A DNA stretch of 64,000 nt, taken from assembly GCA_964016885.1 (NCBI GenBank), contig OZ024761.1, positions 28,830,001 to 28,894,000 on the forward strand. Reading direction: 5' to 3'. A model generated the notes under the pieces. It was not told where the DNA came from. It did not search any database and worked only from the letters and a program-made list of their open reading frames with translations. Source of the stretch: Eledone cirrhosa (lineage: Eukaryota). This document shows positions 26,461 through 40,058 of the stretch, piece by piece. The stretch's first letter is position 1. Every line of letters begins with the position of its first letter. Made by a program: the position numbers and the translations under genes.

Positions 26461-27380
26461 GGGCGGTGGATTTGCAGTATCGGTAGAGGGTCGGACGCCA
26501 TGCTTTGACGCATAGAGTTACGGCCCTTGCCATTCTGAGTTCAAATCCCGCCGAGGTTAACTTTGCCTTTCACCCTTACGGGGTCGATAAAATAAAGTAC
26601 CAGTAATACACTGGGATAATTGGTGGCCTTGTGCCAAAAGTAGAAACAATTATTTGCCTTTCATCCTTACGGGGTCGATAAAATAAAGTACCAGTAATGC
26701 GCTGGGGTATTCGCTGGCCTTGTGCCTAAAGTAGAAACAGTTATTGTTACTATTATTAAAGAAATGATAATTAATATTATTTGTTTGGTATGTTCTGAGT
26801 TCAAATCCCGCCGAGGTTAACTTTGCCTTTCATCCTTACGGGGTCGATAAAATAAAGTACCAGTAATGTGCTGGGGTATTCGCTGGCCTTGTGCCAAAAG
26901 TAGAAACAGTTATATTGAGTTCAAATCCCGCCGAGGTTAACTTTGCCTTTCATCCTTACGGGGTCGATAAAATAAAGTACCAGTAATGCGCTGGCGTAAT
27001 CGCTGGCCTTGTGCCAAAAGTAGAAACAGTTATATTGAGTTCAAATCCCGCCAAGGTTAACTTTGCCTTTCATCCTTACGGGATCGATAAAATAAAGTAC
27101 CAGTAATGCGCTGGCGTAATCGCTGGCCTTGTGCCAAAAGTAGAAACAGTTATATTGAGTTCAAATCCCGCCAAGGTTAACTTTGCCTTTCATCCTTACG
27201 GGATCGATAAAATAAAGTACCAGTAATGCGCTGGCGTAATCGTTGGCCTTGTGCCAAAAGTAGAAACAGTTATATTGAGTTCAAATCCCGCCAAGGTTAA
27301 CTTTGCCTTTCATCCTTACGGGATCGATAAAATAAAGTACCAGTAATGCGCTAGCCTTGTGCCAAAAGTAGAAACAGTTT
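26461..27380 (+). mobile_element. SINE followed by a tandem array of 120-bp SINE 3' halves
   Basis: tgagttcaaatcccg at 26796, 26916, 27036, 27156, 27276. Confidence 0.9.
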
Positions 27381-27707
27381 TATTTGCTTGGTATTTTTCT
27401 TATTATCACCTGTTGAAACTTTAACTTTTTACCCAACTTCTCTTCCTTCCTTAGTATTAGTTATTATAGTTACGATTATAAATGTTTAATATTCACTTCT
27501 TAAATACCTTACCTTTATTTTTACCCCCATCTCCCCCGAAAGACGCACGTTTGTGCATGTATGTGTATATGTATGTGTGTAAATATATATAGAGAGAGAG
27601 GTGTGTGTGTGTGTGCGTGTGCGTGTGCGTGCGCGTGTGCGTGTGTGTGTGCGCGCGCGTGCTTTGTTTATTTACACAATTTGAAAATATTCGCTACACA
27701 CAGAGAA

Positions 27708-27738
<31 letters not shown>

Positions 27739-27740
27739 TG

Positions 27741-27775
<35 letters not shown>

Positions 27776-27883
27776 AAAAGGTAAACAGTATATAGAAGGA
27801 ATATATTAGATTAACGCTTGAAACAGCAGGAAGAGAGTCTTAACGTTTCGGAACATATATATATTCGGAACATATATATATAT

Positions 27884-28000
27884 AGGAACGAGTATGACCC
27901 CGACGGCTGAGCTCAAGCCGTTTCGACGGCTAATTCTAAGTATTGAGTACTTTGGTGCGTTATGGTCCACCTGGTTCCTTACCACATTTCTTTCGTTATA
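27884..28000. mobile_element. Family B Penelope-like mini-element
   Basis: Inverted hammerhead half plus tail agtattgagtactttggtgcg...ttcgtta(TA)n. Confidence 0.7.
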
Positions 28001-28165
28001 TATATATATAGTGTGTGTGTGTGTGTGTGTGGTTTGTACGGTGAATTACTGGTGTTGGTACCAAATCAATCACTCTAACACGCATAACAGGTCAATACGC
28101 AATAAATATCTAATAGATATGTAAACGAAACTTCCTCGTTTTTTTTCTATCATATATATGTGTGT

Positions 28166-28215
<50 letters not shown>

Positions 28216-28324
28216 AGGGAAGTAAGGTTCTATACAAAACAGTCGTTATAGAGAAAAAGTGAGATGGGAAATAGCATAGAAAATATATTTAAAGGTCTGT
28301 TTTTCTTTTATTTCCTTTTCTTTG

Positions 28325-28411
<87 letters not shown>

Positions 28412-28422
28412 GTGTGTATATT

Positions 28423-28482
28423 CGTGATGATTTCTCCCGAATCAAACAGTTCTAGTCCTGTAGAAGCCTTTTCTATATTAAA
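28423..28482 (+). mobile_element. Degenerate family A hammerhead fragment
   Basis: gtgatgatttctcccgaatcaaacagttctagtcctgtagaagcc; both core words mutated. Confidence 0.7.
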
Positions 28483-28525
28483 TATATATATTGCAAAAGG
28501 AGTACAGTTACGAAAGGTGTTAGAT

Positions 28526-28729
28526 ATCATCATCATCATCATCATCATCATTTTACGTCCGCTTTTCCCTGCTTGCAAGGGTGGGACGGGTCTTATTCAG
28601 CACAGCATCTCTCCACACGTCACGGTCCTTCGTCATCTCCACCGTGAGCTTCAATGATCTGAGGTCTGTTCTCACCACCTCCGCCCATGTTTTTCGTGGT
28701 CTACCTCTACCACATCTTCCTTCAGCTGG

Positions 28730-28730
<1 letters not shown>
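28526..28730 (-). mobile_element. RTE-clade LINE 3' end
   Basis: Encodes EGRCGRGRPRKTWAEVVRTDL...KDRDVWR, the typical RTE ORF C-terminus; (ATG)n tail. Confidence 0.85.
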
Positions 28731-28796
<66 letters not shown>

Positions 28797-28804
<8 letters not shown>

Positions 28805-29039
28805 TAAGAGGAATTCCAACTTTGTCTGATTTACTCGTTTTATTTACAATCCTTTAAAATATATATAATATAATATGGTATTATAATGAAATAGTATGAT
28901 AGAATATTAAATTCTAAGTGTTAATTTAATATTCTATCATACTATTTCATTATAATACCATATTATATTATATATATTTTAAAGGATTGTAAATAAAACG
29001 AGTAAATCAGACAAAGTTGGAATTCCTCTTATTAATATA
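28797..29039. repeat. Perfect inverted repeat, 117-bp arms, 9-nt loop
   Basis: 28797-28913 is the reverse complement of 28923-29039. Confidence 0.9.
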
Positions 29040-29087
29040 ATCTTCTATACACAATCATACACACCCGTGTATATTTACCTATCTATA

Positions 29088-29163
<76 letters not shown>

Positions 29164-29421
29164 TGTCTAGTTTATGAACACCTCAAGAAAATATCCGCTA
29201 CACATGTATTACATATATATATACACAGCATAAGACATCAGCTGTTATCCTATAGAAAAGAATGTAAGGTTGGTGTCGAACGTAATGGTAGAGAGAACAT
29301 ATACAGATGTCTGCCTATGTGTGTGTGTGTGTGTGTATCTATCTATATTTATATATATATATGTGCGTGTGTATGTATATATATATATGTGTGTGTGTAT
29401 GTATATATATGTGTGTGTATG

Positions 29422-29454
<33 letters not shown>

Positions 29455-29511
29455 ATCTATCTATATTTATATATATATGTGCGTGTGTATGTATATATAT
29501 GTGTGTGTATG

Positions 29512-29548
<37 letters not shown>

Positions 29549-29621
29549 ATCTATCTATTTACATATATATATGTGTGTATGTATATATATGTGTGTGTAT
29601 GTATATATGTGTGTGTATGTG

Positions 29622-29666
<45 letters not shown>

Positions 29667-29745
29667 CTATCTATATATATATATATATATATGTGCGTGT
29701 GTATATATATATATATATGTGTGTGTGTATATATATATGTGTGTG

Positions 29746-29792
<47 letters not shown>

Positions 29793-29909
29793 ATCTATCT
29801 ATATTTATATATATATGTGTGTATGTATATATATGTGTGTGTATGTATATATATATATGTGTGTGTGTGTATATATATATGTGTGTATGTATATATATGT
29901 GTGTCTATC

Positions 29910-29956
<47 letters not shown>

Positions 29957-30061
29957 ATCTATCTATATTTATATATATATGTGCGTGTGTATATATATAT
30001 ATATATGTGTGTGTATGTGTATATATATATGTGTGTGTATGTATATATATGTGTGTGTATG

Positions 30062-30089
<28 letters not shown>

Positions 30090-30092
<3 letters not shown>

Positions 30093-30148
30093 ATCCCAGG
30101 TTCAATCGGGGTAACCGCAGTAAGATGCTCAATACATAGCAGAGTATA

Positions 30149-30152
<4 letters not shown>
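30090..30152 (-). mobile_element. Family A tail fragment
   Basis: Homology to the reverse complement of 10760-10823. Confidence 0.7.
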
Positions 30153-30206
<54 letters not shown>

Positions 30207-30208
<2 letters not shown>

Positions 30209-30339
30209 AGTTATTCCGGGTTGAATCGGAGGTAACCACAGTAAGTAAGGTACTCAATACATAGCAGAGCATATAAGTTTTAATATAGATGAGATTCTAC
30301 AGGACTAGAACTGTTTCATTCTTGAGAAATCATCAGGAA

Positions 30340-30344
<5 letters not shown>
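30207..30344 (-). mobile_element. Family A monomer: hammerhead (30291-30343) plus tail
   Basis: Intact core and stems; (TA)n on both sides. Confidence 0.85.
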
Positions 30345-30379
<35 letters not shown>

Positions 30380-30611
30380 GCGTGTATATATATATGTATA
30401 TATATATAGATGTATATATATATATATATATATGTCTGTGTGTGTGTATATATATATGTATGTATGTGTCCGTATGTATGTATATGTGTGGGTGTATATA
30501 TATATATGTATGTGTGTGTGTGTGTGTGTGCCTGTGTTAGGGGGGGGGGGGTGAGGTATTATTGGAGAAAAACCTTTTCGGATATTGGAATAATAATAGA
30601 TACAGTAATAG

Positions 30612-30760
30612 ACAATAATTGTTTCTACTTCTGGCACAAGGCCAGCAATTATCCCAGTACATTACTGGTACTTTATTTTATCGACCCCGTAAGGATGAAA
30701 GGCAAAGTTAACCTCGGTCGGATTTGAACTCAGATCTTAAAGGGACGTAACTATGCTGAA
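30612..30760 (-). mobile_element. tRNA-derived SINE (Meta-like core)
   Basis: Same family as 6152. Confidence 0.85.
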
Positions 30761-31274
30761 GTCGAGCAGATTCCTGCTGTTGTTGTTGTTGTTATTACAG
30801 GTAAGACGAACCACCTGTGAACAGCTAGCAGGTGTCAAATAATTGTTTCTACTTTAGGCACAAGGCCAGCAAATACCCAGTGCATTACTGGTACTATTCC
30901 AGGTAGAATTAATATATAAATGAATTTTAAAAAAAAAATCCTCAAAAAACTCTTTGATTGATAAAGTTCCGTGTAGCTGGGCCTTGTATATATGTGTGTG
31001 TGTGTGTGTGTGTTTGTGTGTGTGTGTATATATATGTGTGTATGTGTTCGTACGTTTGTGTGTGTATATATATATGTGTATGTTTGTATGTGTGTGTTTG
31101 TTTGTGTATGTATATGTATATATAAATATATATATGTGTGTGTATATATATGTGTGTGTGTGTGTATATATATATATATGTATATATGTATGTGTGTATG
31201 TGTGAATGTATATACGTGTGAGTATGTGTATATGTGTGTGTGTATGTTTGTATGTGTGTGTTTGTTTGTGTATG

Positions 31275-31315
<41 letters not shown>

Positions 31316-31320
31316 ACATA

Positions 31321-31373
<53 letters not shown>

Positions 31374-31468
31374 GTGTATGTGTGAATGTATATACGTGTG
31401 AGTATGTGTATATGTGTGTGTGTATGTTTGTATGTGTGTGTTTGTTTGCGTATGTATACGTATATATA

Positions 31469-31499
<31 letters not shown>

Positions 31500-31649
31500 G
31501 TATATATGTATGTGTGTATGTGTGAATGTATATACGTGTGTGTATGTGTATATATGTGCGTGTGTATGTGTAAGTAAAAGATCTAAGTATCCAATTGTAA
31601 TGAATCCCTGAAAACCAACAACAGCAACAATAACAAAATGCCCTCAAAA

Positions 31650-31684
<35 letters not shown>

Positions 31685-31860
31685 GAAAGCCGAAGAAGGG
31701 ATGGGTATTGGGTGGGGGTAGCTTATTTAGGTGTTAAAGTTGGGTGGGAAAAGTATGGAAAAAAAATAGGATTTCTGAGTTTTTTGTATTTTCCTAAGAA
31801 TTAACATCATATAGTCTAGTCCTTACAAGGAGAATATAGATAGATAACAGATCGCAGATG

Positions 31861-31961
<101 letters not shown>

Positions 31962-31966
31962 TTATA

Positions 31967-32117
31967 TAAGTATTGAGTACTTTGGTGCGTTATGGTCCAC
32001 CTGGTTCCTTACCACATTTCCTTCGTTATATATATATATATATATATACACACACATGTATAGACTTGTATATATTTATATATATATATATATAATAAAG
32101 ATATATATCTATATCTT

Positions 32118-32174
<57 letters not shown>

Positions 32175-32176
32175 AG

Positions 32177-32228
<52 letters not shown>

Positions 32229-32233
32229 AGTCT

Positions 32234-32264
<31 letters not shown>

Positions 32265-32455
32265 AATAACGAAGGCAATGTGGTAAGGAACCAGGTGGAC
32301 CATAACGCACCAAAGTACTCAATACTTAGGGTAGTAGAGTGGGTAATAGGCGCGAGTAAGACCCCGACGGCTGAGCTCAAGCCGTTTCGACGGCTATTTC
32401 TGGAATTAGCCGTCGAAACGGCTTCAGCTCAGCCGTCGGGGTCCTACTCGTTCCT
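31967..32455. mobile_element. Family B elements, tail-to-tail plus fold-back
   Basis: Tail on + at 31967-32028, tail on - at 32266-32330, palindrome at about 32360-32443. Confidence 0.75.
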
Positions 32456-32511
32456 ATATATATATATATATATATATATATAAGTCTCTGTTTTGTTCCC
32501 GTATAAATTTG

Positions 32512-32549
<38 letters not shown>

Positions 32550-33116
32550 GCGTGTGTGTATGTATATATCAGTGTGTGTATATGTGTGTGTGTGTGTCTA
32601 GATATAGACGGAGCGGTAGACCAGCTTCTTCCGTAATCTATCGAAAGGACTTATTCAGCTGTTGTTGGTGTTAGTTCTATTTACATGTTGCTATAACAAG
32701 CACCTACTAGCTGCTTGTGTGCGCCTGCGCATCACTGACTCAATGACAGTCTGTCTGACTGCCTGTATGAACGACTGTCTGAGTGTCTTGCTCAACCCTC
32801 AACCCTCTTTTATACCTTACCTCTCTTTCTAATTCTCTCTACCTAGTCCTCTCTGCCTGACACTCTATCGAACACACACACACACACTCTCTATCTATCT
32901 CTGCCTGACTCTCTCTCTCTCTCTCTCCCTCTCTCTCTCTATTTCCATCTTACTCTCTGTCTTACTCTCTCTAGCTAGCTCATTCTAACTTACTCTCTAT
33001 CGACAGTTGCTCTGGGCGTCGCGAGGTAGGACCGAACCGAAATCCACGCCAGTGCGAAGCGAACTCCTTAACCACACTACTATCTCAGCACACACACACA
33101 CACATACACACACATG

Positions 33117-33167
<51 letters not shown>

Positions 33168-33181
33168 ATATATATATATAT

Positions 33182-33362
33182 AATGGTTTCTACTTTTGGC
33201 ACAAGGCCAGCAATTATCCCAGTACATTACTGGTACTTTATTTTATCGACCCCGTAAGGATGAAAGGCAAAGTTAACCTCGGCGGGATTTGAACTCAGAA
33301 TGTCAAGGGCCGTAACTCTATGCGTCAAAGCATGGCGTTCGACCCTCTACCGATACTGCCAA
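33182..33362 (-). mobile_element. tRNA-derived SINE (Meta-like core)
   Basis: Near full-length copy. Confidence 0.9.
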
Positions 33363-33364
33363 AA

Positions 33365-33540
33365 TATATGGAGAATAGAAATGGCTGTGTAGTTGCTTTT
33401 TAAGGTAACTTAAAATGCAGTGGGAATACTAAGAAAGCAAGAACAGGCGGGTGGGGTGGTGGAGCTTTCCTCATCAGTTGTCTACTGGGGGGGGGGGGTA
33501 GGATATTTTTACGCTTTGAAGACAAGATACCACTTCACAC
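33365..33540 (-). mobile_element. Unclassified dispersed repeat (copy at 17395-17550, +)
   Basis: Shared gacaactgatgagga...gttcttgctttctt...agcaactacacagcc...tattctccatatat. Confidence 0.65.
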
Positions 33541-33552
33541 ATATATATATAT

Positions 33553-33655
33553 GAATAAAGTTAGTCCTTCATCAGTGATCTTCCAACCATCATTGGTATT
33601 TCATCGCTTTAAAGACCATATACCTCCGGTTGGTGCGAGCAACGGCTAAAAAAAG
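33553..33655 (-). mobile_element. Unclassified dispersed repeat (copy at 43550-43650, +)
   Basis: Near-identical reverse complement; both end in (TA)n. Confidence 0.75.
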
Positions 33656-33714
33656 TCGTTGGGACACGAGAGTGTAAACAAACAAAGATGGTGAAGCATA
33701 CAGACATATGAAGA

Positions 33715-34025
33715 CGCAAGGCTTAGTGGTAAGAATATTCAGCTGACGAGCGTAACGTCATGTTTTCATTTCTCGGATCGGACGACGCGTTGTATAAAAT
33801 ACACTCTCCCCCCAATTCAGCTGGGAAAATAGGTTGTACCTCTAATTCAAGGGGGAAGACTTGAGACACATTGTGAGACATTGAATCATCCTGAGAACCA
33901 TGTTAAGGGTACCCGTGTCTGTGGAATGCTCTACCCGTTGATTTCACGAGCAGACAGTTCCGTTGATTCAACCAACAGGAGTACCCGTCGTCGTAAACAA
34001 CGGATGTCCAACAACAACAACAACA
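33715..34025 (+). mobile_element. Old tRNA-derived SINE with (CAA)n tail
   Basis: GGCTTAGTGGTAAG head, degenerate B box, (aac)n tail. Confidence 0.5.
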
Positions 34026-34065
34026 ATACACACACACATACACACACATATATGTATATATATAG

Positions 34066-34150
34066 GAGGGTCGGGTGAAAAGTTCTTAGGCTGACTAAGG
34101 TACTCTCATGGAATGACCAAATGAGGTTTACTTTTCAATATAATCATTGG
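34066..34150 (+). mobile_element. Mariner-like terminal fragment
   Basis: TA-GGAGGGTCGGGTGAAAAGTTCTTAGGCTGAC resembles a mariner TIR. Confidence 0.4.
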
Positions 34151-34174
34151 AAAAAAACAATGAAACAGAGAGGG

Positions 34175-34206
<32 letters not shown>

Positions 34207-34306
34207 GGGTAGATAGATAGATAGAGAGAGGGGTATAGATAGATAGATAGAGAGAGGGGTATAGATAGATAGATATAGACAAGTAGATAGATATGTTTCT
34301 TTATAA

Positions 34307-34354
<48 letters not shown>

Positions 34355-34619
34355 AAACAGATAGATAGATACGTAGGTAGATACATAAAGATAGACAGAC
34401 AAACAAACATATAGATAGATAGACAAATCGATAGATAAATAAATAGATAGATAGATGAGAGAAGGAAATGCTCAGAGGAAAATAGCTACAAAGAGATATA
34501 AAAGACAGGTGAAGATGAAAGGAATGTGGCGGAGACATGATTGGGAAAAAAATGACAGACGACATAACAATCACGTCTATAGAGGTACCTTTGTGTATAT
34601 ATGTGTGTGTGTTTGTTTC

Positions 34620-34690
<71 letters not shown>

Positions 34691-34760
34691 TATATACATA
34701 CACACATGCAAATATATGTACACACACACACATATATATATATATACGCACCTAATTTAA

Positions 34761-34795
<35 letters not shown>

Positions 34796-34879
34796 CACAC
34801 ACATACATACATGTGTGAGTGTAAATACAAGTACATACATGCATACCAACGTGTGTGTATGGGCGCGGGTGTATATGAT

Positions 34880-34922
<43 letters not shown>

Positions 34923-34925
<3 letters not shown>

Positions 34926-35104
34926 CCCCGACAGCTGAGCTCAAGCCGTTTCGACGGCTAATTCTGGAGTCCAGAATTAGCCGTCGAAACGGCTTGAGCT
35001 CAGCTGTCGGGGTCTTACTGGTTCCTATTACCCACTCTACTACCTAAGGTATTGAGTACTTTGGTGCGTTATGGTCCACCTGGTTCCTTACCACATTTCC
35101 TTCG

Positions 35105-35107
<3 letters not shown>
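34923..35107 (+). mobile_element. Family B fold-back mini-element
   Basis: Palindrome 34924-35014 followed by tail; (TA)n on both sides. Confidence 0.8.
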
Positions 35108-35155
<48 letters not shown>

Positions 35156-36246
35156 AACTCGTCATATGGACTGAATGCTCTAACCCTTGGATATATCTAC
35201 CAACAAACTTTTACTATATATATATTGCGTTTCGTTTCGCTTTTTCTACCAGCCGAAATACGATTCTCGCTGAATTTATATATATATATATATATATATA
35301 TAAGTATTGAAGTTTCCGTTGAAAATTGAAAAAGTCATAGGAGTGAAGAGTGCTCTATGTAAGTACCAGAGCTAAATTTAATGTATAATAAACAATACAA
35401 TATAATTACCTCATTACCAGAGGTTTCCTGAATAAGACGAATACAAGAAACGTCCTCATTCGTTCGTGGACAAGGCAATTTAAAACATAGTGAAATATTT
35501 GAAAAATCTCCTCAAGAAAGGCAAAAGTTTAACGGGCAAAAAAAATATATATAAAAGTAATGCAAGAGATATATAAAAATAAAATAAGGAAATATAGTAA
35601 GGGTATGTGTATAAATGTGTGTATATGCACTTACAAATGTACATATGTGTGTATGTACACATGCATGTGTATACTGAAAAAATGTGTGTGTAAGTACATA
35701 CATGAGGGCAAGCATATCAGTGTATGTGTGACCATAAATACGTATATAATATATGTTGAAAAAAGAAATTGTAAGATAATAGAGTTAACGTACATACACA
35801 CTCAGGGACTACGGGTTGAAATATATACACATACAAGTATGAAAGCACGCATATAAACACACACATACGCGCAACCACATACATACAAGTGATATATACA
35901 GGGAAGGGAGTGTATCAGTCAAAGCACTGTCAGGCTGAGGGTCGATAAATATATAAAAAATGTAAAATATGAAAAAATTAAAAAATATATGAGAATAAAA
36001 AAATTTAAATCAAAGAGAAAGTAGGAGGGAGGGTTATCAATTATAAAGAATCACTAGAAAAAATAGAAAACATACATAGGTTCGTACACCCACACATATA
36101 TATATATAAATATATATATAAATACCTACATACAAAAGCACATACATGCGTACATACATACAAAAGCGCGTATACATACACACGAAGCACATATATATAC
36201 ATACATGTACATCTAATCACACGCACGCGACCATATATATACACAC

Positions 36247-36281
<35 letters not shown>

Positions 36282-36819
36282 CACATATATATATATATAC
36301 ATATATATATTTATATATATATATATATATATATACATATATATATTTATATATATATATATACATATATATATTTATATATATATATATATACACATAT
36401 ATATAAGTATGTAAAAAACATAGATATAAAAACACACATACACACACATATACACATACGAATGCATTCGTATACATATACAAACACGTATACACACACA
36501 TGCACGTTCACACGCATACATACAATATAAAAACCAGCTATATGAATAAATGAGTACAAATTATACGCAAGTAAACATACATAAAAGCGGCTGAGGGACA
36601 ACAGAATATATCTGGAGTTGAAAACGCAAGTGACATGTGATATCAGTTAGTGAAAGAAAAGGGGGAAGTAAAATATGTAAAATTGTGATATAAAGATATA
36701 AAGTAAGTGAATCAAAAAGCAGGGGCGGGGGGCCACTGGTGGTTGTGGAGTAAAAAATAAAGTTAAATCAGAAAGAGAAGTCTGTAAAAAGGGTAATTTA
36801 AGGAAAGTGAAGAACAAGA

Positions 36820-37241
36820 GTTTATGGAGGATAAGTATCTGAAAGTGAGTTAAGTTTATATGAGCTGGAAAGCAAGTGTGATTTCATGTGTGGGCAACTG
36901 GTGAAAATTTCTGTTTTTGCATTTAGGCAGGTTTTTGGTGATATAAGGTTCTGTCAAATCCAATATTTTTCACTTATGCAGAGTGCGCATCTTCTTGTTC
37001 CTCTTGCATATTCTTTAGATTGGTTCAAAATTGACCAATCTAATTTATATTGGATACCTTGGTCTTTCAAATCCCATATTCTGCTAGCCAGAGCTGTTGT
37101 AAATCTTTTTTCAGGATGTCGGAAAGATGCGACATGTGAGTAATAACGCGTTTTGAATTTGTCTTGTGTCATACGCACATATCGTTCGCTGGTGGCTGGT
37201 AGGTTCTTGCTGGTGGTTGTCACTTTCGCCGCATATACAAT
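36820..37241 (-). pseudogene. GIY-YIG endonuclease fragment of a Penelope-like element
   Basis: IVYAAKV...YVRMTQDKFKTRYYSH...WSIL...CALCISEK..*..LNAKTEIFTSCPH; in-frame TGA at 36954-36956. Confidence 0.85.
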
Positions 37242-37316
37242 TGCCTTGTCTGACGAACGAATGAGGACGTTTCTTGTATTCGTCTTATTCGGGAAACCTC
37301 TGGTAATGAGGTAATT
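37239..37316 (+). ncRNA. Type-I hammerhead ribozyme in the pseudo-LTR
   Basis: aattgccttgt-CTGACGA-(cgaatgaggacg/cgtcttattcg stem)-GAAA-cc tct gg-TA-atgaggtaatt; 11-bp stem I. Confidence 0.85.
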
Positions 37317-37360
37317 ATATTGTATTGTTTATTATACATTATATATATATATATATATAT

Positions 37361-37523
37361 AACGAAGAAGGTGTGGTAAGAAACCAGATGGACCATAACG
37401 CACCAGAGTACTCAATACTTAGGGTAGTAGAGTGGGTAATAAGAAATATGACCCCGACGGCAGAGCTCAGAGTCCAGAAATAGCCGTCGAAACGGCTTGA
37501 GCTCTGTCGTCGGAGTCATACAT

Positions 37524-37530
<7 letters not shown>
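37361..37530 (-). mobile_element. Family B mini-element with inverted 5' part
   Basis: Homology to 32266-32455. Confidence 0.75.
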
Positions 37531-37573
<43 letters not shown>

Positions 37574-37818
37574 ATACAGAGAGAGAGATTTGGGTTCGTG
37601 CGTGTATATAATATATAATGTTATGTTATGTGAATTCTTTTATTGTTTTGACTGGTTTCAGTCATTATAACACAGGTGTGCTCGGACATCGTCTTAGAAT
37701 GATTAAGTCGACCACATCGATACCGGTACAGATTTTATCGATCACTTCGCTTTGAACAGCTAAGTTACAGAACGTAAACAGTAAACATAGACACATACAT
37801 ATACAGACACATACAGAA

Positions 37819-37886
<68 letters not shown>

Positions 37887-37917
37887 GTGTACGTGTGTCT
37901 GTGTATTGTATGTATGC

Positions 37918-38091
<174 letters not shown>

Positions 38092-38106
38092 GTATATGTA
38101 TATATG

Positions 38107-38137
<31 letters not shown>

Positions 38138-38152
38138 GTATATATATATATG

Positions 38153-38215
<63 letters not shown>

Positions 38216-38250
38216 ATATATATATATGTATATATATATGTATATATATG

Positions 38251-38351
<101 letters not shown>

Positions 38352-38391
38352 CTGTATATATATATGTATATATATATATACATATATATAT

Positions 38392-38424
<33 letters not shown>

Positions 38425-39799
38425 TATATACATATGTATATATATACATATATACATATATATATATATACATACATATATATATACATACATATATATA
38501 TATATATACATATATACATATATATATATGTATATATATATATACGCACACCTGCACACATACTTATACATACAATACACAGACACACGTACACATACAC
38601 ACATATACACACACATACATACATACTCACAAACACATACATGCATACATACATATACATATCGATCCATGGAACTATCTAACCACACACAATCATATCC
38701 ATACACATATACATACACACACATGCATACACACACATACATACATACATACATACATACATACATACATACATACACGCATATACATACATATCCATCC
38801 GTATAACCATCCATACACACACACACATGAAACCATATCCATACACACATACATATTCAAAAACATACATAAGTGCGCACACACATACAAAAACACACAC
38901 ATACATATCCATCCCTGAAACTATCCACAGACACACACACACACACACACACAACCACACACAGATACACATACATACACACAACCATATTCATACAATC
39001 ACACACATACACACACACACACACACAGATACACACATACCATATCCATAGAACCACATAGACACACACACACACACAACCTTATTCATACAACCTCAGA
39101 CACACATACACACACACAGATACACACATATTCATATTCATACAATCACACACACACATTCATACAATCACACACACACAGATACACACATACCATATCC
39201 ATAGAACCACATAGACACACACACACACACAACCTTATTCATACAACCTCAGACACACATACACACACACAGATACACACATATTCATATTCATACAATC
39301 ACACACACACAGATACACACATACCATATCCATAGAACCACATAGACACACACACACAACCTTATTCATACAACCTCAGACACACATACACACACACAGA
39401 TACACACATATTCATATTCATACAATCACACACACACAGATACACACACACATTCATACAATCACACACACACATTCATACAATCACACACACACACATT
39501 CATACAATCACACACACACAGATACACACACACATTCATACAATCACACACACACATTCATACAATCACACACACACAGATACACACACACATTCATACA
39601 ATCACACACACACAGATACACACACACATTCATACAATCACACACACACATTCATACAATCACACACACACAGATACACACACACATTCATACAATCACA
39701 CACACACAGATACGCACACACATTCATACAATCACACACACACATTCATACAATCACACACACACAGATACACACACGCATTCATACAATCACACATAT

Positions 39800-39835
<36 letters not shown>

Positions 39836-40058
39836 CCATGTTCATACAACAACCACACAGATACACACACACACACACAACCATATCTATACAACCACAC
39901 ATACATACACACAACCAGCCAGTCATACATCCCCGCCAGTCATCCACCTGTATATCTCTCCAGCCACCCGGCCACCCGGCCACCCGGCCAGTCAATCAAA
40001 CGGGTCCCTGGAGCTGGTATCAAATTGTGGAGGGTTTACAAAAACAACAACGCCTTAC

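Larger units (their letters stand above)
35303..37341 (-). mobile_element. 5'-truncated Penelope-like element (Naiad-like) with inverted pseudo-LTR
   Basis: GIY-YIG remnant; inverted repeat 35379-35480 / 37239-37341; flanked by (TA)n. Confidence 0.85.

Noticed and set aside
26461-26555. tRNA gene
   Set aside because: A/B boxes run into a SINE body present in many copies; no cloverleaf
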